Shown here: one piece after another, positions 9,690 through 18,134 of the stretch
Layout: each line of letters starts with the position of its first letter
Numbering within the stretch: position 1 is the stretch's first letter
The notes under the pieces: model-generated
Told to the model about the DNA's origin: nothing
The model's database searches: none
The model's input: the letters and a program-made list of their open reading frames with translations, nothing else
Program-made: the position numbers and the translations under genes
Source: Candidatus Babelota bacterium
GTDB lineage: Bacteria; Babelota; Babeliae; Babelales; Vermiphilaceae
Assembly (NCBI GenBank): GCA_039809905.1
Contig: JBDHVY010000001.1
Location: forward strand, 930,001-962,000
Length of the DNA stretch: 32,000 bases
Direction of reading: 5' to 3'

Positions 9690-10781
9690 ATGAGAACCAT
9701 TCGTTTTGAAAATATTACTAAACGTTATAATGGCGAAACTATCGTAGAAAATATTTCTCTGGAAATACCCGGAGGAACATTTTTTGCGCTGTTAGGTCCT
9801 AGTGGTAGTGGTAAAACAACATTACTGCGTCTTATTGCGGGATTAGAACAAGCCGATAGTGGATCAATTTTTTTGGGTAATGAAAATATTACTCATATGC
9901 CTGCATATAAACGTCGCGTCAATACCGTGTTTCAAAATTATGCCTTGTTTCCTCATATGGATGTTTTTGATAATGTGGCATATAGCTTATCTCTGCGCAA
10001 TATTCCTGAAAACATTATCGAAGAAAAAGTTATTAAAATATTAAAGGCCGTTGGTCTTGAAAAACATATTTATAAATCAATCAATAATCTTTCTGGTGGG
10101 CAAAAACAGCGCGTAGCTCTTGCGCGTGCAGTGATTAATGAACCGGATGTTCTTTTGCTTGATGAACCTCTTGCTGCATTAGATTTAAAATTACGTGAAA
10201 AAATGTTGATTGAGCTCATTGATTTACAAGATACGCTTCAAACAACATTTGTATATGTAACACATGATCAATTTGAAGCATTGACTGTTGCTGATAAGAT
10301 GGCAATTATGAATGATGATGGTGAAATTGAACAAGTTGGTACGCCAAAAGAAATTTATGAATTTCCCGTCAGTACATTTGTAGCCGAATTTGTAGGAACA
10401 ACTAATATTTTTAAAGGTAAGCTGCATATAATCAATGAAGAGCCAAAAATAGAATTTTCTGGTCTTGGTATGTTTGAAGTTGTTATTTCAAAAGAAAAGG
10501 AATGGATGAAACATGACAATATGGTATTCATGAGTATTCGTCCTGAAAAAATTGAAATTAGCAAAACGCCGATGACTGGTTTTTCTAATGCGCTTGAAGC
10601 AACGGTGAAATCAATCGTTTATCATGGAAGATCAACGCAATACAACGTGCGATTAAAAAATGGTGAAGTGATTCAGGTTTTTGAACAAAATGAAGAACAC
10701 TTCCCTCAAGAAGTTATTGATTATGACGACCATGTATTTTTATATTGGCAAAAAGAAAATGTGGTATTGTTAGAGAAATGA
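9690..10781 (+). CDS. potA: Spermidine/putrescine ABC transporter ATP-binding protein
   Basis: Walker A GPSGSGKTT, signature LSGGQKQRVALARA, Walker B VLLLDEPLAALD, C-terminal TOBE-like region; followed by two permeases and a binding protein. Confidence 0.92.
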   Translation: MRTIRFENITKRYNGETIVENISLEIPGGTFFALLGPSGSGKTTLLRLIAGLEQADSGSIFLGNENITHMPAYKRRVNTVFQNYALFPHMDVFDNVAYSLSLRNIPENIIEEKVIKILKAVGLEKHIYKSINNLSGGQKQRVALARAVINEPDVLLLDEPLAALDLKLREKMLIELIDLQDTLQTTFVYVTHDQFEALTVADKMAIMNDDGEIEQVGTPKEIYEFPVSTFVAEFVGTTNIFKGKLHIINEEPKIEFSGLGMFEVVISKEKEWMKHDNMVFMSIRPEKIEISKTPMTGFSNALEATVKSIVYHGRSTQYNVRLKNGEVIQVFEQNEEHFPQEVIDYDDHVFLYWQKENVVLLEK

Positions 10782-11665
10782 ACATTAAGCAAAGACTAAA
10801 TAGTTTTATTTCAGAAAATACATCGTTTGTATTTACCGTTCCTGCAGTATTGTGGCAGGTGCTTTTTTTGTATGTACCGCTATTATTAGTGCTATATACA
10901 AGTTTGCAACGGTGTATTGGTTGTTCTTTCTTTGATATCACTTTTTTTCATTATTATGATCTTTTTGATTTTTCCTATGCGCATATTATTGCGCGTTCTG
11001 CTTTAATGGCATTAAGCGTGACTATTACGTGTCTTATTTTAGCATATCCTGTTGCCTATTTTCTTGCTTTACGTGTAAGCGCGCACTGGAAAAATGTTCT
11101 TTTATTTTTACTCACCTTGCCGTTTTGGACTAACTTTTTGATTCTTGTTTATTCTTGGGTATTTGTGCTTGATCATAATGGCCTTATCAACACCGTATTA
11201 TTGAAAATGAACATTATTAAAGAACCGCTTCATATGATCAATAATATACGAGCTATTTTTGTTGTAATGGTCTATTACTATATACCATTCATGATGATGC
11301 CGCTGTATAGTATTCTGGAAAAAATTCAACATGATGTTCTTGAAGCATCAATGGATCTTGGTGCAACATATTGGCAAACATTTAAGCGTATTACGGTCCC
11401 CCTTTCAATGTCAGGTATAAAAACAGGAATATTTTTAGTGTTTGTTCCTGCATTTGGGGAATTTGCTATTCCTTCAATTATTGGAGGTGGGCAGCAAATG
11501 TTTGTTGGATCATTGATATCGCATTATTTTTTAGTAGCGCGCGATAGTCAATTGGGCGCAGCATTTACCGTGGTTAGTGGTATTGTATTAATGGCTTGTG
11601 CGCTACTGTTTAATTGGTTGTGTAAAAGTCCTGTTCAATCATCGCATAAAGAGGTAAATCAATGA
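10778..11665 (+). CDS. potB: Spermidine/putrescine ABC transporter permease
   Basis: PotB-like permease with binding-protein-dependent transport loop EASMDLGATYWQTFKRITVPLSMSGI. ATG 10778 overlaps the potA stop (ATGA). Confidence 0.9.
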   Translation: MNIKQRLNSFISENTSFVFTVPAVLWQVLFLYVPLLLVLYTSLQRCIGCSFFDITFFHYYDLFDFSYAHIIARSALMALSVTITCLILAYPVAYFLALRVSAHWKNVLLFLLTLPFWTNFLILVYSWVFVLDHNGLINTVLLKMNIIKEPLHMINNIRAIFVVMVYYYIPFMMMPLYSILEKIQHDVLEASMDLGATYWQTFKRITVPLSMSGIKTGIFLVFVPAFGEFAIPSIIGGGQQMFVGSLISHYFLVARDSQLGAAFTVVSGIVLMACALLFNWLCKSPVQSSHKEVNQ

Positions 11666-12441
11666 GAAAATTTTCCTCATACTGCATGCCAATTATTGTT
11701 GGATTATTTTATCTTTTTTTATATCTTCCTATTTTTGTTTTGATAATGTTTTCTTTTAATGATAATGCATTTACTAATAGTTGGGTTAGTTTTACTACTG
11801 ATTGGTATACCGATCTTTTTGCTTCTACTGAAGTGTGGTATGCACTTAAAAATTCATTATTAATTGCAAGTTCAGCGGTATTTTTAAGTTTGACGATTGG
11901 GTCTACGTTTATATTCTTTGGTTCTCGGTCTGTTGTACAACGTTTGTTGTTATTTTTTTATGCAAGTCTTGCAATGCCAGAAATAGTTTTGGCTGTTGGA
12001 TTGCTTTCGCTTTTTTCTTTCTTATCCGTATCATTGGGTGCAACAACATTGATTGTAGGCCATACTTTGCTCGGCCTTGGGTATGTTATTCCTATTGTCC
12101 ATGGACGATTTGTTGAGTTAGATGAAAGTCTTATTGAAGCATCATATGATCTTGGTGCAACAAAAAAACAAACCTTTTTTGCTGTTGTATTGCCTTTGCT
12201 TGCACCAGCATTGATTGCAGCAGGGCTTTTGGTATTTATTATTTCGCTTGATGATTTTATTATTTCATTTTTTTGTGCGGGTGCATCGGTTCAAACGTTA
12301 CCCTTATACATTTTTTCCGTCATACGCACTGGTGCATCTCCTATGATCAATGCGTTATCAACAATAATGCTTATTGCGAGTAGTTTTTTTGTGTTCTTAC
12401 TTTCTTTTTTACAAGTAAAAAAAATGAGAGGACACAAGTGA
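11662..12441 (+). CDS. potC: Spermidine/putrescine ABC transporter permease
   Basis: PotC-like permease, EASYDLGATKKQTFFAVVLPLLAPALIAAGLLVFIISLDDFIISFF; ATGA overlap with potB. Confidence 0.92.
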   Translation: MRKFSSYCMPIIVGLFYLFLYLPIFVLIMFSFNDNAFTNSWVSFTTDWYTDLFASTEVWYALKNSLLIASSAVFLSLTIGSTFIFFGSRSVVQRLLLFFYASLAMPEIVLAVGLLSLFSFLSVSLGATTLIVGHTLLGLGYVIPIVHGRFVELDESLIEASYDLGATKKQTFFAVVLPLLAPALIAAGLLVFIISLDDFIISFFCAGASVQTLPLYIFSVIRTGASPMINALSTIMLIASSFFVFLLSFLQVKKMRGHK

Positions 12442-13505
12442 AGCGCATACTCAATTATGTTGGTAAATGTGGTATTATTTGTTTTTGGTTAATAATAATC
12501 ATGGCATTTCTCTATGCAGGTCGAGCTACTCAATTATTCAATACAAAAAAATATATTAATGTGTTGGTCTGGGGACAAATTTTAGATACCGAATTTCTTT
12601 CTGATTTCGAAGAAGAAACAGGAATTCATGTTAACATGAGCTATTTTGAAAATAATGAAGAGCTTTTCGTTAAATTACAATCAAGTAATAATCATGATTA
12701 TGATCTTATTATGCCATCTGATTGGGCTGCACAATTATTGATAGAAAAAGGGTTGATCAAAAATCTGGATCATAAAAAACTTACTATGTGGGATAGTTTA
12801 TACCCATCATTATGTAATCATTATTTTGATCCTGGTAATAATTATACTATTCCTTTTTATTGGTCATTATTTGGACTTGGTGTAGATACACGATACTGGA
12901 AAGGCGTTGCTCCTCAGGCAACATGGGGATTAATTTTTGATGAAAAAATAATGCCATCACGTATTGCATCTGTGGAAGATCCTCGAGCATTAATTTTAAT
13001 CAGTTCACTCTATCTTTTTGGAAAAATTGAACAATTGCAGGTGTATGAAGTTGATAAAGTTAAACAGCTTTTATTGGAGCAAAAATCGCATGTGGAAATT
13101 TATACCGATTTGCGTCCGGAATATATTTTAGCATCAGGAGTTGTCCCTTTAGTCGTGAGTTTATCAGGTGATTTATTGAAGATTATGAGACGTTTTGACT
13201 ATATCGATTTTATCATACCTCAAGAAGGAGCCTTTGGTATTATTGATTCTTTTGCTATTCCTGCAAGTAGTAAAAAAGATGATCTTATCTATCCTTTTTT
13301 AAACTATCTTTTTCGGCAAGATATTGTTAAAAATTACGTAGATAAATTTGATTTCTTTCCAGCAGTAAAAGTAGATGTTGAATATGATGAGCGCTTTGTA
13401 TATTTAACTGAACCTACACAAGACCTTTTCAAAAATATTAATTTTTTCAAAAATGTTGTTTCAAAAGAAACTCTCAATGATGTTTTGATCACACTCAAGT
13501 CATAA
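12438..13505 (+). CDS. potD: Spermidine/putrescine-binding periplasmic protein
   Basis: VLVWGQILDTEFLSDFEEETGIHVNMSYFENNEELFVKLQ...YDLIMPSDW, PotD-like. GTG start overlapping the potC stop (GTGA). Confidence 0.88.
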   Translation: MKRILNYVGKCGIICFWLIIIMAFLYAGRATQLFNTKKYINVLVWGQILDTEFLSDFEEETGIHVNMSYFENNEELFVKLQSSNNHDYDLIMPSDWAAQLLIEKGLIKNLDHKKLTMWDSLYPSLCNHYFDPGNNYTIPFYWSLFGLGVDTRYWKGVAPQATWGLIFDEKIMPSRIASVEDPRALILISSLYLFGKIEQLQVYEVDKVKQLLLEQKSHVEIYTDLRPEYILASGVVPLVVSLSGDLLKIMRRFDYIDFIIPQEGAFGIIDSFAIPASSKKDDLIYPFLNYLFRQDIVKNYVDKFDFFPAVKVDVEYDERFVYLTEPTQDLFKNINFFKNVVSKETLNDVLITLKS

Positions 13506-13515
13506 AAATGAGTCT

Positions 13516-13545
13516 CCGATCCTTCGATAAGCTCAGGATGAGCGG
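13516..13545. repeat. Imperfect palindromic intergenic element
   Basis: CCGATCCTTCGATAAGCTCAGGATGAGCGG contains ATCCT...AGGAT and CCG...CGG arms, located in the short gap between convergent potD and the 13577 gene. Confidence 0.4.
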
Positions 13546-13576
13546 TTGATAAGATTGAGCTATTGAGGTCCTCATA

Positions 13577-15394
13577 TTAAGATTTTAGATAAAAAAGTAA
13601 TTTTATGGAACATGCAATATAAAGAAACAATCCTGTTTTTGCTAAGACTAATGATAGATTATTTTTAAAATAATGTAATTTTCTATGCAATGGCTTGGTT
13701 AAAGAATGAAATAGAGAATCCTTATGGACATTTTTAGTAAGTAAAACGATATTACCTATTGTTTGTAGCCAATGTTTAATTTCAATACAACCACCTTGAC
13801 ACCATCCAGAGCAAGGTATCCTTATGCTTATTGCGGCTATTGTTTTGGTATCTTTGTGTTTGCATATCTTCATAAGCTGACTGTACTCATAGTCTGGGTT
13901 AAATCCATATTTTGAAGGAGTCTCGGATTCATTTTTGTGATACAGTAAGGATGGCTCAGTGCTTTTTATATCGCTTAATTGAGTTTTATAAAGATAAGTA
14001 TTATAAGGGCCGTTGTTGTTCTCGATATTATATCCAGTGAATAAAAAATCATTCGTAAGAAAGGCATGTGTCAACAAACCATTTTTTTTGGAATATTCGT
14101 GATCAATACGATGTTCTATAAAATCTGATAAGGTTAAATTATCAATTGATTTATTTGTAATAGTTGCCATTAATTGAGAAAATGATAGCAATAAAACAGT
14201 ATTTTTTTTGCATGAGTTAATTAAAGAAATGAACTCAGTAGGAATTTTTTTGTGAGTACAGGCTGGTGGTTGAGGAACGTCATAGTCTAACCATTCTTTG
14301 GTTATACAACTAAGTACGTTACTGCGTATTATTTGCTGTTGAGGGATGTTGACGGGTTCATTTTCCCATTTTTTTTTGTCTTGTGCCCATTTTTCTTTTT
14401 CTCTAAGGCAGTTATCACAGTCAGGTAATGAACTATAAGGAGATTGCTTGTCTACGCAACAGTTTTGTGCTGCAGAATGTCCTTTATAATGGTGTCTTGC
14501 GATTGTATTTTGATCGTGCGAAATATCGGATAACAAAATATAGTTATCATTTGTATCAATGGTATTGATTCTGAGTTGATTAATTGGTATTCGAAAAGAT
14601 TTAATCGAATTACCTAATTGGACCATGTGTACAAAATTATGCCCTCCCAATAGCACAAGGTTATTTTGTTCATTATAGTCAACCGAGTAGAGTTTTTCAT
14701 TACGAGGAAATGATTGAGAAAGTAGGGTCATTGTTTGTTTTTTTGATGATGATATCAAAGAAGAATTTTTCAAAATAGATCCAGAAGATGAAACAGCCAG
14801 TATGTTATCATTTTCATCTATAAACATTTTTTTTATTACATCTTTTTTCATAAGATGAGCAGTGAGATGATGTACGTTTAATAGTGTAGGTGAAACAATA
14901 TATGCGTTATTCGATTGATAAATATATACGTTGTTTTGATGTGCTACATAATAATTATTTTTTTTACGTGCAATATCATTAACAGGATGTTCATTGCACA
15001 GTTCAGGTACATCATTAAATTTATATTCTATTTTTGAGTAAGGATCAGTTTCTGTAAGAACGTTTAAAATTTTTTTAATTACAGGTTTATCTCGATAATT
15101 ACCTCCACTTAGTTCCCAGTGATCAACCATTTTATATTCAGAATAACAAGTGAATAACTTATTATTACTATCTAAACATACTAATACGTTATCGACTAAG
15201 TCCTTGTTGTGGTGATAGCCGTAATGCAGGAAGGGACTTATGTTTACTATCGGATGTTCTCCAATTTGGCATGGAATAACACGACTGGTGCTTGCAGTAT
15301 AATCTCGGTTAAACTCTTCAGGTTCACTTGCAAAGGAAGTTTTGAAAGAAAAAAATAGAGCAAAAATTATGAGTGTATAACGATTGTTGATCAT
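13577..15394 (-). CDS. Large exported protein of a local paralog family, unknown function (copy 1)
   Basis: Signal peptide MINNRYTLIIFALFFSFKTSFAS; extensive collinear similarity to the 15801-17633 product (DYTASTSRVI, HNKDLVDNVLVCLDSNNKLFTCYS, NNYYVAHQNNVYIYQSNNA); C-terminal hydrophobic segment. Confidence 0.8.
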   Translation of the reverse strand: MINNRYTLIIFALFFSFKTSFASEPEEFNRDYTASTSRVIPCQIGEHPIVNISPFLHYGYHHNKDLVDNVLVCLDSNNKLFTCYSEYKMVDHWELSGGNYRDKPVIKKILNVLTETDPYSKIEYKFNDVPELCNEHPVNDIARKKNNYYVAHQNNVYIYQSNNAYIVSPTLLNVHHLTAHLMKKDVIKKMFIDENDNILAVSSSGSILKNSSLISSSKKQTMTLLSQSFPRNEKLYSVDYNEQNNLVLLGGHNFVHMVQLGNSIKSFRIPINQLRINTIDTNDNYILLSDISHDQNTIARHHYKGHSAAQNCCVDKQSPYSSLPDCDNCLREKEKWAQDKKKWENEPVNIPQQQIIRSNVLSCITKEWLDYDVPQPPACTHKKIPTEFISLINSCKKNTVLLLSFSQLMATITNKSIDNLTLSDFIEHRIDHEYSKKNGLLTHAFLTNDFLFTGYNIENNNGPYNTYLYKTQLSDIKSTEPSLLYHKNESETPSKYGFNPDYEYSQLMKICKHKDTKTIAAISIRIPCSGWCQGGCIEIKHWLQTIGNIVLLTKNVHKDSLFHSLTKPLHRKLHYFKNNLSLVLAKTGLFLYIACSIKLLFYLKS

Positions 15395-15441
15395 GATTGT
15401 TATTATTTCATTAAAGAAGTTAGTTTTTTGTATGTTTTTAA

Positions 15442-15811
15442 TTATTTTTCAAATTGGTGATACTGTTTTAATGCATAAATTGCCAAGATAAATGATCCCA
15501 TAGATAGCCCTATAAACAACCCTGTTTTTTCCAAAAATGGTGCTAGATTATTTGTAACCCAAAACGATTTTCTTTGTAATGAAGTCATTAAAGAACGAGG
15601 CCAACTGTTTTCATATATATTTTTACTAAATAAAACTACTATATTATTTATCTTTTGTTCCCAGTGCTCTTTTTGAGTTGCAATCTAACCTATCCCATTG
15701 AGAACACATAGTTCTTATGGGTATTGTGGCTATTGCAGATCCATCTTTATTTGTACATATTTTCATTGAGCGAGTGGTATTATGAAGAAATAAAAAACTA
15801 TCATAAAATTC
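15442..15811 (-). pseudogene. Frameshifted C-terminal remnant of a third copy of the 13577/15801 paralog family
   Basis: Manual minus-strand translation gives EFYDSFLFLHNTTRSMKICTNKDGSAIATIPIRTMCSQWDRLDC, then after a +1 shift near 15680 TQKEHWEQKINNIVVLFSKNIYENSWPRSLMTSLQRKSFWVTNNLAPFLEKTGLFIGLSMGSFILAIYALKQYHQFEK*. This aligns with MKICKHKDTKTIAAISIRIPCSGWCQGGCIEIKHWLQTIGNIVLLTKNVHKDSLFHSLTKPLHRKLHYFKNNLSLVLAKTGLF of copy 1. Confidence 0.82.
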
Positions 15812-17633
15812 CTATAAGCAGAGCGAGTTTATATAGTGCAAAGAAAGTACAGGTCTGTATTGCTAGTGAGCCAAATATATGTATTGAAGCTAGAGGTACA
15901 TCTAATGTTTTAAAATGCCGTATTGCTCTGCGCAATGATCTCATTAAAGAACTTACCCTAGCATCACCAGATGGGTTGTTTTTACTGAACAAAGCAATAT
16001 TGTGTATTCTCTCAAGCCAATGTTCTTTTGAAGTGCAAAAGAATTGACACCATTTAGAGCACAAAATTGTTTTATCGATTATGGCTATTGTTCCGTTTTC
16101 GTTTCTTTGTATTATCAGAGAAAGAGACATAGGGGCACTTTCATAATTAGAATTTTTTAAATCTGGTTCACTTGAATAATAGAATGATTTTTCGTATGGA
16201 GTTTTAAAAAGTTGGTTAATTGTGTCTTTATTTATAGTATTGAGTGGAACTTGATAAATAAAATGATTAAGGGAAGAATGTACTGTTTTGAGACATCCAA
16301 TGAATAAAAAATCATTGATAAGAAAGGCATTAACCAATGTGTCACATTCGTTCAAATGTTTATGATGAATACGATGTTTTATAAGTTTAGCACGAGTGGA
16401 ATTTTCTGTCATGGCGCCTATTAAGCTAGAAAGCGATAGTAATACAATAGTATTTTCTCTACACGAATTGATAAAAGAAGTAGCTTTCGCATCAGGTGTT
16501 TTGTGTGGACACTCTGGTGGTTGAGGAACATCATAATGCAAATACTGTTGTATGTCCTGATTGATTGTTTTGCGTGTTGTTTTCAGGGAGATTTCAAGTT
16601 TTTGATTTTCCCAAGATTCTTTTCGCTGTTGCCAATTTTTTTTGTATTCTGTGCATGTTTGACAATCCCTTAAGGTATTATGAGGAAAAGTTTTTTCTAT
16701 ACAGCATTGCTGTTTTGCATGATGTCCTTTATGGTTACGAGTTTCTCTTTCATTTTGATTTTGTATGAGATCAGATAATAAAATATACTCATTGTTGGTA
16801 TCAATATGAGAAATCCTTAGTTGATCAATGGCTATCTGAATGGCCTTCATAGAATCATTTAATGGTATTATCTGTATAAAATTATGGCCTCCCAATAGCA
16901 CAATATTATTTAGTTCATTATAGGCAATTGAGTATAATATTTCATCAGAGGGAAATGTTTGGTAAAGAAATGAAAGGATCTGTTTATCCGAGGATTGTGA
17001 ATGAGAAGAGTTTCTTAGTACACATCCAAGTGATGTAATGGCTATCACATTATCATCTTTATCTATAAATATTTTCTTGATTATGTGTTGATCATCTTTG
17101 CTTTTCAGATGATTTCTACGTAATAATGCAAGCGATCTAATATGCGCATTATTCGATTGATAAATGTATACATTGTTTTGATGAGCTACATAATAATTAT
17201 TTTTCCTGCGTGCTATATCATTAACAGGATATTCATTGCATAATTCAGGTACATCGTTAAATTTATATTCTATTTTTGTGTAAGAATCTGTTTCTGTAAG
17301 AACGTTTAATTTTTTTTGAATTATAGGATTTGTTCGATAGCCTGTCGATAGTTCCCAGTGATCAACCATTTTATATCCGGAATAACACGTGAATAATTTG
17401 TTATTGCTATCTAAACATACTAGCACATTATCTACCAAGTCTTTATTGTGGAGATAACCGTCATGTTTGAAGAGGTTGTTGGTTATTGAATACTCTCCAA
17501 TGCCACACGAAATAACACGGCTTGTACTTGCGGTGTAATCTCGCTTAAATTCTTCAGATTTTTCACTTGCAAAGAAATTTTTAAAAGAAAAAAATAGAGC
17601 AAAAATTATGAGCTTATAATTATTTTTGATCAT
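15801..17633 (-). CDS. Large exported protein of a local paralog family, unknown function (copy 2)
   Basis: Signal peptide MIKNNYKLIIFALFFSFKNFFAS; same architecture and conserved CCx12Cx2C motif as copy 1; C-terminal hydrophobic segment. Confidence 0.8.
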   Translation of the reverse strand: MIKNNYKLIIFALFFSFKNFFASEKSEEFKRDYTASTSRVISCGIGEYSITNNLFKHDGYLHNKDLVDNVLVCLDSNNKLFTCYSGYKMVDHWELSTGYRTNPIIQKKLNVLTETDSYTKIEYKFNDVPELCNEYPVNDIARRKNNYYVAHQNNVYIYQSNNAHIRSLALLRRNHLKSKDDQHIIKKIFIDKDDNVIAITSLGCVLRNSSHSQSSDKQILSFLYQTFPSDEILYSIAYNELNNIVLLGGHNFIQIIPLNDSMKAIQIAIDQLRISHIDTNNEYILLSDLIQNQNERETRNHKGHHAKQQCCIEKTFPHNTLRDCQTCTEYKKNWQQRKESWENQKLEISLKTTRKTINQDIQQYLHYDVPQPPECPHKTPDAKATSFINSCRENTIVLLSLSSLIGAMTENSTRAKLIKHRIHHKHLNECDTLVNAFLINDFLFIGCLKTVHSSLNHFIYQVPLNTINKDTINQLFKTPYEKSFYYSSEPDLKNSNYESAPMSLSLIIQRNENGTIAIIDKTILCSKWCQFFCTSKEHWLERIHNIALFSKNNPSGDARVSSLMRSLRRAIRHFKTLDVPLASIHIFGSLAIQTCTFFALYKLALLIGIL

Positions 17634-18134
17634 AACTATTATTGATCCTATGAGCTGATGAACTTTTGTTTATATGTTTTAATTATTATTGAAAAATGTT
17701 TATTTGTCGAATGTATTTCCAAGTATGTTAAAAAAATAAGTCGATAGATTTTTGTTATAAAGTTGTATAAATATTTTCAGTTGTAAAACGATAGTGAAAT
17801 ATTTTGCAGATGATATTTCCAACAATATTGCACAAGTCCTTGCTTTTGTTATTTCTTTTTTATTAAAACTTGGACATTAGTTTTATTGCTTGTGCGAGCA
17901 GAAGATGTTGACATTCTAGAATAATCGGGGTATGCGTGTAAGAGCATACTGCATTAGAATGATGTAATAAAATGAGAAAAAATATCTCTTGAACGGAGTC
18001 CCCATTTTATCCCCACTTTCGCTATCGCTTCACCGGGGTCCTCATGTGAAACGAAGTAAAACCAGGGGTGAAAAATAGAGAATGGGGTTAATAAGTAGTG
18101 AAGTAGTAGTTTTTCTAAAAAAAAGGGTGAGTAT

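Noticed and set aside
15724-16047. Plus-strand ORF of 107 aa
   Set aside because: Lies antisense to the paralog remnant and the 3' end of the 15801-17633 gene, whose minus-strand coding is supported by paralog alignment.
17908-17936. TTGACA-N17-TATGCG upstream of the giant protein gene
   Set aside because: -10 hexamer is poor and AT-rich sequence gives many such matches; not supportable without transcript data.
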